From NCBI GenBank assembly GCA_964304625.1, contig OZ199838.1:2043129-2107128 (forward strand): DNA of 64,000 bases. Direction: 5' to 3'. A program made the translations under genes and the position numbers. The notes under the pieces were generated by a model, which was not told where the DNA came from, did not search any database, and was given only the letters and a program-made list of their open reading frames with translations. This document shows positions 54,071 through 64,000 of the stretch, piece after piece. The number at the start of each line of letters is the position of its first letter. Within the stretch, counting starts at the first letter, position 1. Source of the DNA: Kudoa neothunni. Lineage: Eukaryota > Animalia > Cnidaria.

Positions 54071-56633
54071 GGTAATGGGGGAGTATCCAGCTCCAAAAAT
54101 TCAGCATCTTCCCGTGCATGCGCACCTCCCGATTGTTTTATAATTTAATTCACAACATTTTTGAAATACTGAGTGATCACAAATCAGACCAAAATTTTTA
54201 TTCTAAAGAGTTGCAAAAAATCACACTTCGGCAACAATCGGACAGCGCGCAATGTAATGCGCATAACCTTTTCATAACCTTTTTCAGCCTAATTTGTCAT
54301 AAATAATTCATGAAATTTATATTTTTAATTTTTGTAATATTATCAAATATGTTCTTTGAATTATTAGTGAAATTGAACGGAAAGGATATATGCCAGTTAT
54401 TTATTGTGTTTTTTAACCTTAAGTTTTCATTTTTTACGTTAATGACTCTTAATTATTGCTTAAAAATTTATTTTTTAGTTCATATATTTTTTTGGTGTAC
54501 TAATATTAAATATATAACGGTATACCGTACAAACAATATTGATGAAATTGAAAACCTTATGATATTACAAGCAACAAAATGAATGATTCGTTAACTACTT
54601 ATAATTAGATTATAAATAAGTCAACCATAAATTATTTAATGTTGATTTATACAAATATACTGACCACTTTGAGGAACGATCCGTGATAACTATAATTCAT
54701 AGTTAATGTATTGCATAATCATATTGATTTTCATAACTGAGAAACAATTTGTGAGTCCAAAATTAAAAATTTGTTTTTTTTTAAATTTCATAATCTAATT
54801 TCATTTATAAGGAAAAATTATTTTTTCATTAATAAAGCCTTAACGGTAAATCATAAACATATATTTTAATTTATTATCATTAGACGAAAATACGCGAGAA
54901 ATCTCAAATATATTTATTGCAAATATAATTTTAATTTTATAGTTAATACTAATATGGTAAAATCTAAAGTTTTCTTAAGTTTTTTGACAAATAGCAGTAT
55001 ATAAAAGATGAGAGGAATCAAAACACACAATATTTTGTTTCACTAGCTATTATTTAATTGGTAAATAGTAGCGATCGCTGTTAAAATATATTCGAAAAAA
55101 TTCCAATATCCCCTATGAATGGAACGCGATCATGATTCATGTAGGTAGGAATCCAGCTGATTTCGTGGCACACCGCTCATTTTCCGAATGAGTTTTGTTT
55201 TGAGATGATGCCACACAACCTCGACCGTATTAGTATGGTAACCCTCTGGAGTGACATACTCTTTAGAGTGATTAACAGTTATATGGTTATAGCCGTAAAT
55301 TCGGAGAGAGGTGTACCCAACCACTCGTCAGTGTAGATTGTACTCCCGTTTTCAACTTCCTGTAAGACGAGTTGGGTCAACGTTCGTTTTATCCCCTTTT
55401 TGGACAATAAAAAATCTTGATTCTAACAATTTTCGTTTGCCATCTTCATCGACAGAGCATTCGCAAATGCCAACAACCCAAGGGCCATTTATTCTGTAAC
55501 CATACCTTTCATTTCTCGCTGACGTCTCAAAGGAGTCGCTCCACGGAATAACCTACTCCTTAAGAAATAGTTAGGGGTGGCCAACCATCTGTCCATGCTT
55601 AAAAATCTTCCCCGGTTGTTTTTTACGGCGACCTCTTAATAAACATTCGTCAATTTCGACGATTCGATTTTCTCCGCCCATTTTCTCGCGTCGTTGGAAC
55701 ATTTTATAACAAATATTCCTCAACGCTGAATACCAAAATGTAACGGTTTTCTCGGTTATTTGAGTTAATGCCACCACCCTGCATCTTTGTTCTTCAATAC
55801 ACCAAAGGTATATTAACTCAAATAGCTGAGACACTGCTAATTTGGATATATTCGTCCCCATCGCGTTATTGATGCCAAAGAAGGTAGAGGTCCTGGGTGA
55901 AAAATGCGTTCTACAATCACTCCTAAAATTAATATTTTAAAAACTAAACATAAAATAAAAGTACTTTGAACATGTATACGAGTATTTCTCAATATCATCG
56001 TCACAAAGATCGATTGAAGTATTGTTTCTTTTTCTCGTTGTAGCTTGGAGGCGTAGAGTGTTATACCTGCGGCAATTCTTGCACCGATCAGGCATTTTTT
56101 GTAATAGACTCTTATTCGCTAGGTAAGTAAATAGAGCACTCACATTAAACAAAAGTTTATAAAATTTACGCTGAAGTGAAAAATCCGCCATCGAAAAAAC
56201 ATTTGTTAATCGGATTAAATTATAAAAACATAAATTTTTAAATTTAACGTGAGATATAAATATAGCAGTTACTATTACATCTATAATTATCGAAAATTAA
56301 AAACACCACTAAATCAAATATCTCTTATCCTGTGTGATTCTTTAATCGCGAGAACATATTTGATAATATTACAAAAATTAAAAATATAAATTTCATGAAT
56401 TATTTATGACAAATTAGGCTGAAAAAGGTTATGAAAAGGTATGCGCATTACATTGCGCGCTGTCCGATTGTTGCCGAAGTGTGATTTTTTGCAACTCTTT
56501 AGAATAAAAATTTTGGTCTGATTTGTGATCACTCAGTATTTCAAAAATGTTGTGAATTAAGTTATAAAACAATCGAGAGTGCGTGTGCACGGGAAGGTGC
56601 TGAATTTTTGGAGCTGGATACTCCCCCATTACC
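54071..56633 (-). mobile_element. Merlin (IS1595/ISXO2-like) transposon with ~285-bp TIRs
   Basis: 54071-54355 and 56351-56633 are near-perfect inverted repeats beginning GGTAATGGGGGAG, with a perfect 8-bp TSD (GTCAACTT). The transposase (56191 to ~55060) has CKNC...C..C, IVEIDE, GPWVVG, YTDEW and HTNTVEVVW, one intron and frameshifts. Confidence 0.92.
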
Positions 56634-58490
56634 GTCAACTTATTGAAAACAGATTAGCACCAACAATAATATTACCACTGCACGCGATTTGCTAATGGGT
56701 TCAGTGATATGTGTAGATGACTTTAATTTATATTATTTAAATTCAATTGTAACTTTAACTTTGCTCTTTTAACACTTTAAACCAGGGCCTCCCTATTGGG
56801 GATGCGGATAACAAGTTTCGATGTACCTAGATCATTTAAGTGATTATAATTACATAATATTAAAATAGTGAAATGTTTGGTATCAAAAATGGTAAGGAAG
56901 AAATCACCTACAAAATCTGTATGTGAATGAAACATAACACCAAATTTTTCACCAATAATTTTATAAATATAAAAATTTCATAAAATCTAAAATTACTCAA
57001 ATAAAAACAATGTCTCGACATATACATTATGTCAGATCGAAATAAGTCGACTACATCTCGTCTAATCATGTTGTGTTAACCACTTTTTCATTTTCTGATG
57101 AATTTTTATTTACTAATAAAATAAAAATTCGTATTACAAAAATATTAAATTCAGTTTAAATTTTTTTATTTATGTATTGAAATACCACATTTTGAAATAG
57201 TTAATATTGGATTTAAATATTATTCATCAACTGGGTGGATGACACATTCTTAAATTAATTATTCAATGCGATCAAAAAGGTTTTTATATCATGATTTGAA
57301 AGAAATCTTATCAAATAATATTAAGAATACTGTGGTAGAATTAACAAAATTTTGAACTTTTGGTAATTGAGGTATTTGAATAAAAATGTAAATTTTAACA
57401 AGAAATAATTTGGTTGAAATTTTGGATGAATACAGAAATTAACACAAATTCAATAAATGATATAAACTTATTTATCAAAAACAATTAAAAACTGTATTGT
57501 TAACATATACGTTACTCTGATAAATACAATATTTTGCATTTTTTTATTTGGGAATTATTACCTACAAAATCAAATCTAAAAATGTCGGAAAATGTAGTTC
57601 CATTTTTTTCCTAACAAGCATAAAATTATCCTGCATAAAAACAGTTTATAATATAATTTAAAAAAATATTTGTACAAATTTGTTAGGAAAAATACGTATA
57701 ATTTTTGTATGTTTTAACAAAATACCCCAAAAATATTTATAAACTAAAAAAATGGTTATACTTACAAAAAAAGCTGATAAACGATATTTGATTAAATATG
57801 ACTACTAAAAAAAGCATTTCTCTTCATAATATACGAAAATTTCAAAATATGGGTTCTGATAGTGCATTTAAGCATTGAATTAATCAAAAAAATTATACTA
57901 AAACATTCAAAATAATTAAATAGGATTGTAAAAAAAATAAACACATTCCGAAATAAGAACGAACGTAATGGAGATAACACGTGATCTAAGTCTTTTTGTT
58001 ACAATCTATAAATTTAGAAGTGACCTTTGTGGTGGTACTATAGAGTCCATAATTTCTTGTTTTAAAATATGGGAAGAAAAATTTGATTAGTGAAGATGTT
58101 CTTTAGATGCCACAATCTTCATCATTACATTGTCAATTAGAGGATAAAATTCCCCAATCTTGCAAGATTTGCATGCTTTTGTGTAAAATTTAATATTTAA
58201 TGATAAGACAAATTTTTTACTTAAATCTCGTTAGCTGAATATTGTCACCCACAAATAAACAAACAATAAAAAATTCCATAATAAAACCCTAAATAACTAA
58301 TGAAGTTATCAAAGATAATTAAATAGTAGTAGATTGTGAACTAACTTTGGATAATTAGTATACTTCCTTAAATCATAAGTGAGGTAACTGATTCAAGAAG
58401 AATAAAATATTTAGTGTAAACATATTTTCAAATGAAGGATAAATACTAATTATATCCCTTCCTATTTTTAATCCTAAAGCTTTTTCCAAT

Positions 58491-59733
58491 ATGGCAAGCC
58501 ACCAAAAAGTTGGGAAATGGAAGGAAGAATACGCCAAATATGGTTTACTAAAAAACTCGTCGATGGTGTTGAAAAACCACTCTGCGTTCTTTGTAATGTC
58601 GTTTATTCAAATTCCAACTTGAAGCCATCAAAGTTGCTTCAACATTTTGAGAACAAACATGGTGGTAAAACACATATAAGAAACGATATCCAGTCATTAA
58701 AAGTGAAAAGAGCGCGCTATGACCTAAGGGGAACACTTCCTATATTGGGGTTCATTTTCCTGGATAAATCCTTGTTTCTCGCTTCATTCAAAATAGCTTA
58801 TGAAGCGGCAAAAGCAAAAAAACCCTGCAATATTGCAGAGACGTTGATAAAACCATGCATTTTGGAGGCAGCAAAGATTGTTTTGGATGAAGAAGCAGTA
58901 CAAAAACTCAAAGGAATACCACTATCCAACAATGTTATCCGCAATAAAATTGATGAGATAAGTGCTGATATTCTTGATCAAATAGTTCCGGATATCAACG
59001 CATCTCCAATGCAAATTTCACTCCAGCTGGATGAGTCAACGGATGTCAAAAACTTTACCGATTGGTCTGAAATCAACAATGGATTATTGTATCAAAATAA
59101 TAAATTTCATACGCGGAAGAGCTTTAACTCATAGACTTTTTAAAGCATTTTACAATGAAATTAACGAAGAAGCTTGTGTTCTTATCTACTACACAGAAGT
59201 AAGATGGTTGTCTCGAGGATGTGTTTTAAGTCGGTTTTTTGACTTAAAATATGAAATCGAGAAATTTTTATTGGATCAAAAGTCGGATCTTGCTAATATT
59301 CTCAAGTTCCAAAATTTCTCAATAATGTTGGCATATCTCACTGATACCTTTTAACACTTGAACGAATTAAATTATTCGCTTCAAGGAAAAGATATAAATA
59401 TTATAAATGCTTCTGACAAGTTACGAACATTTCGCTAAAAGCAAACCCTATGGATTGTCAGGATAAAAAATAAAAATGTGAATTCCGAAATTTTGTAAAT
59501 TGAAATAAAAGATCATTCGGAAAAATCGAAGGAGTCTTTTGATGACTATTTTGCTACTGGAAACTTAAATGAATCTGATAGCTGGACTGTCAATCCATTC
59601 GCCTTCCACATGGAAAAAATGGAGGACGATGAGGACGAAAAAGAAAATTTGATCGAGTTGAGATCGTGCCAATCAATGAAACTGTTGTTTGAGTCATGTT
59701 TACTTGAGCACTTCTGGTGCCACGCCCTAAATA
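58491..59733 (+). mobile_element. hAT Buster/ZBED8-like transposase remnant, internally deleted
   Basis: BED finger PLCVLCNVVYSNSNLKPSKLLQHFENKH, plus motifs KPCNIAETLIKPC, IPLSNNVI, SLQLDESTDV, TEVRWLSRG and LAYLTDTF. Confidence 0.85.
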
Positions 59734-60980
59734 CAGTCGAGATTGGATATTGCGTGATTTCATCTTCAATATATCCAGGGAGCAGCGTGAAATTTCTGAG
59801 AAAATTAGAATAATACAATATTACAATTCAATAAAATCAATAAAGGACGCAAAGAAAATGACGGTTGAAAAGTTTAAACTTAGTGGTATGATTATTTTTA
59901 ATCGATAACAATTTATTTCTTAAAGGACATTCAACGCTTGACAGAATTCTTTCTCATGAAACCAAGCTGAAAAATTCAGATGTTGCATGAAATAGGAAGA
60001 GGCATTCAAATGGAAGATTTATCAACATAGACGAATAAGTTATAAATGGTTTATCAAAAAACGCACCAATGGTCACATTATTTCTGGTGACGTAATACTT
60101 GAAATGGCCACCATAATTGCCAGAAAGAATGAAGTTAAAAATTTTCAAGCATTTTCATGGTGAAGCTGCGAGCGCTAACGTCGCGTCTATTGATTCGTGG
60201 ATCTATGAAAATAAAAATTTGATAAGCATGTACAGCCCAAAAAATATAATCACTATTGACGAAACTGGTTTGTTTTATGAGCAATTACAGAACAGTAGTT
60301 ATTTATTAAAAGAAGAAAATGACATTAAAGGTAAAAATCTATCGAAAAAAAGAATAACGATTTTGGTATCGTGCTCTTTAAGCGGAGAAAAGTTGCCCTT
60401 AGTCGTAATTGGGAAATACCAAAACCCCAGGTGCTTCAAGGGGGTAAAAAATTTACCTTATGAGTATTATGCCCAAAAAAATTCTTGGATGACCTCTGCT
60501 ATTTTTTTCCAGATAATGAAAAAATTAAATTTTAAAATGGAGTCAGAACAACGAAAAATACTAAAAGTGTTTTAAAGCCATTCAACCTCGGAGTGATTAA
60601 TTTTCTTAAAAGTAGATATAAAAAAATATTGTCAACTGTTTTAAAAAGTCGGGCATATTTAGCGAAAGTAAAAGCTAATGCGAACTTCAAATATTAATTC
60701 ATTATCATAGGAGATACAGAGACGGAAACAAATGATAAAATTTTCGAAGATGAACAGAGTATAAATATTCAATAAAATTTCAATATTTTTATAGTCGAGG
60801 AAGAACCAAAAGTTCCAATAAAAGATATAAAGCATGCCGTAAGTACATTAAGGAAGGTGTTTATTCAGAAAGATCCATCTGGACTCATCGATCTTCATCC
60901 GATAATGGATCGAATTTTAAAAATATCATCTCAAAGATGGCATCAAACTAAAATTACTTCATTTTTTCATAAAAATTAAT
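59734..60980 (+). mobile_element. pogo/Tigger (DDE_1) element inserted into the hAT remnant
   Basis: Begins TA|CAGTCGAG immediately after the hAT coding sequence. ORF 60117-60575 has DETGLFY, KKRITILV, EKLPLVVIGKYQNPRCFK and NSWMT, and the element ends QTKITSFF. The right TIR was not found. Confidence 0.8.
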
Positions 60981-61254
60981 AATTTTGTCTGGTTGAGTTA
61001 AAGTAGGATAAACGCACAAAACAAGTTTAAATCGAATATTTTTACAAGTGCGCATGTGCGTGACTCGATATTGCTTAAAACCTTTTTATTGCGTAATTTT
61101 TTATGAATAAATTAAAAGTTGTAAAAAAAGAAGATAATAAGAGAAAACAGTACCATAGTATTTAATTTGTAATCTAAACGAAATAATGTCACAGACGGAA
61201 AAAACGTAAAGTAATTCAAAAATTTTCATCCGACTGATTAGCAACTTGATCACG

Positions 61255-63408
61255 TTAAGTGATTCTAACAGTCTTAACTTCATGAAGAGTTGGGATGTTG
61301 GGCCCACGTATGATAACTCTGATTCCATACATTCCTGCCAACTTAGGGATGACAGTAAATTTGGCATTCAGGATATCATACTTGCTCACCTTTCTATAAA
61401 AATACTTAAAAAAATACATAAGGATTCAATAACCCGATAAGTTTATTCTCATTCTCATCACAAAAGTCCAGTTCAAGCAACACATTCACATTTTCCATGT
61501 TATAAGGCAGTGTATTATCCATTTTGACCACAATTGGACAACTTCTATCAAGAAAAATTTTATTTGGCACAGTAATAGTTATTGGAGGAGTTTCTATAGG
61601 ATAACGAACTTCTTTCTTGTAAAACTGTCCTTGGTAGGTGAAAAAACCTTCCACCAAAACTATGCATGCATCGCTTTTGATATGACCAAGTATGGTTCTA
61701 GCATCCACTTTAAACAGATCGCTTTTTAATTTTTTGCGGCCAAATTTTAAAGTTTTAGTAACTATTTCGTCTGACAGGATGTTTGGATGATGTATCACAT
61801 AACATTTGAGAGTTAGGTCAATTTTATCCCCTTTACCATATTGCAGATCTACTTTTAGCTCTAAACCTTGCCCCAACAAAATGGATTGTTTATGAGAAAC
61901 ATTTTCAAAGGTTAACGATATCTTTTGATCACTTTCATCATCTTGCGTCGTGTCGGCGTTTATTCTGCTAACTTTATCCAACACTGAACCTTGTTTGTGT
62001 TTGTAATTGTCGGTGATATCGGACACATCATTCGATCCAATAGCTTTAGTGACAATTTTTTTTCCTATTATTGAATCTTGCTCGAGAAACTTCTGGGGTT
62101 TGCCGTCAACCATCACCATTTGTATCACATTGGCATTCACCTCACTGTAAACATACTTGGTTTCAAAGCCTACGTTTAGATCGCCGGTTTTCACAGCAAT
62201 CACGGGAACTGGACCACAGGTAAGATGTGGGTTTTCTGATGTCTTTTTTGGTGTTGCATCGCATACCTGCCATCCATCATACTTATCTAAGCAAGGATAC
62301 CGTATGTTACATTCCACCCATGAGTGGAAGGTGAAGACAGTGTCCTTTGATAGCTCACGTATCAGTTTGTAATTTTCGTCATGATACACCTCTAGGTCAA
62401 TGGTACCATCATTGTCATTAGCTATACTGTATCCGGTGACTATTCTAGAACCAATTCCAGCCAATCGACAAACTACACTCGACGCTGGTAAAAAGTACAA
62501 TCATCTTCCAATTAATTACTTGAACACAGAACGCCTGCGATTGAAATGCCATGACCGTATTTGACTATTTCCTTTTCAGCGAGAAACTTTTCAAATATAC
62601 CCTTTGAACCGGTCCAATCTTCTGGATTTATTCCATCATAGGATTCCCTTTCCTTCGTAAATTCAAGAATTCCATCTTTCTCCAAATTGCTTATCATCAC
62701 AGTGAGTTCTCTTGCGAACTTGTACATACAAGATCTTGAAGATTTATCCATTTTTCTTAGAATAACTAACAGCGTTTCAATAGCAGGTTTGCTGAACTGA
62801 TTCAGACACCAATTCTTCGATTTTATATAATCAGGGTGACCATAGTAAATAACTGTTTCTGGATTCAGAATATATTCATCTCTCTCAACATCATTAGGCA
62901 TATACGTTTCATCATCTTAAATCATAGCAATAATTGTATTAGCATAATAAAATGCGATAAATTTGACAGAATACTTATATTCCATGGATTGCAAAACATC
63001 AAAAATTTTTCCCTCATTAAAACATTATCTCCCATCTTTAGAGTGATCTCATATCCTCCGATGTCGCAATTAACAGGAGATTCCAGCTGACAAACTGGAT
63101 CCTCGCCAGATTTGCGAATCACTTTCACTTTCCATTTGGTTTCCGATGTGTCTTCCAATGAGTACGACTAAATTCATTTCAAATTTTGACAACTTACAAC
63201 AAAATACAATTTTAGCTTCATCCATAATATCACCATTAGCTTCTACGCGTAAAGAGATTTTCTGCGAATATTCATCGATGCCTTGAATAGTATCCTCCTT
63301 GAATGAGAAATTGTAAATCCCCCCTCGACGAATAATTGGGTCGTCCCACATAATCGAACCAACCGATTTAACCTCATCCTTAGCATTCACACTTTGCGAT
63401 CCACCCAT
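61255..63408 (-). CDS. Transglutaminase-like pseudoenzyme, copy D (catalytic Cys->Gly), 5 exons, N-terminal MGGSQS
   Basis: Same four intron positions and an open frame after manual splicing. The active-site motif reads KYGHGISIAGVLCS (GGC at 62548-62550). His (FTFHSW) and Asp (CDATPKK) are retained. Confidence 0.88.
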
Positions 63409-64000
63409 GTTAATTTTTTATCGCGATCCCAACGAGAAACTATCAGTAACGATATTAGTATCACTCACGAAAACTCTTTTATTATAAATATAATACTACA
63501 ATCTACCTTTTAAAAACAATTGATTCCTATGCATAAAAATAAGAATAACTAACTTTCAGTTCTAAAATATTCATTATTCCTATGAGTGAAACTGATTTTT
63601 TTGAATGTTCCGCAGTCAAATTTGATACATTTATTAAAATAGAATATAAAACTTACTTGATATTTTATCTATTTTTAAATAATAAATAAACCATAATTCA
63701 ATCTTAATTTTATACAAAAATTTTTTAGTTGAGGTTACCGTCATCATCAAGTTCAGTCATAGTTTGTAAGAACATCGTTATATAAATTAAAACATCCAAT
63801 AATTAAAAGTTCTAATATATTATATTTTAATATCTGAATAATTTAATATCTTTATTATTTTATCAACTTTAATGCAAGCAATGATTAAATCCAAATAAAA
63901 CAACCTAAATATGACTATTCGGATCGAAATCATTTTATTATTATTCAGTGATTGGACCATGTTTCATGTTACTATATTATAAATGTAATGATTAATTAAG

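Noticed and set aside
54118-56638. Two ORFs on opposite strands encoding the same peptide (RLFYNLIHNIFEILSDHK...)
   Set aside because: They are chance reading frames within the two Merlin TIRs, not duplicated genes.
2565-63408. Idea that C2, CREC, PINCH, Derlin and the TGases form one Ca2+/adhesion functional cluster
   Set aside because: The genes have mixed orientations and no shared regulatory motif was seen. Neighbouring unrelated genes are expected in a eukaryotic genome.
1-64000. CRISPR arrays, rRNA genes or prokaryotic operons and defence systems
   Set aside because: No regularly spaced repeats or rRNA-like tracts were seen, and the gene structure is spliceosomal and eukaryotic.

Overview
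This is AT-rich eukaryotic (animal-type) nuclear DNA with genes split by very short (~30-90 nt) GT-AG introns. The fast-evolving proteins, tiny introns and transposon content suggest a reduced parasitic metazoan such as a myxozoan, but that is inference only. The left part (1.4-25 kb) holds RPA3 (missed by the ORF track), a tandem-C2 synaptotagmin-like protein, an orphan type-I membrane glycoprotein, a CREC-family EF-hand ER protein plus a decayed duplicate sharing a near-identical internal tract, PINCH/LIMS and a Derlin whose last TM helix is interrupted by an in-frame (TA)n tract. The right part (30.6-63.4 kb) is a co-oriented array of four divergent five-exon transglutaminase genes. Two are apparently intact with the Cys-His-Asp triad, one is multiply frameshifted, and one has an intact frame but looks catalytically dead (Cys->Gly, loss of two conserved Trp) and carries an N-myristoylation motif, like erythrocyte band 4.2. 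The spacers hold many decayed mobile elements: Merlin/IS1595-like (one with ~285-bp TIRs and an 8-bp TSD), MULE, piggyBac, hAT, pogo/Tigger, MITEs, a solo LTR and a tRNA-derived SINE. All exon structures and motifs were read by hand; no database searches were run.
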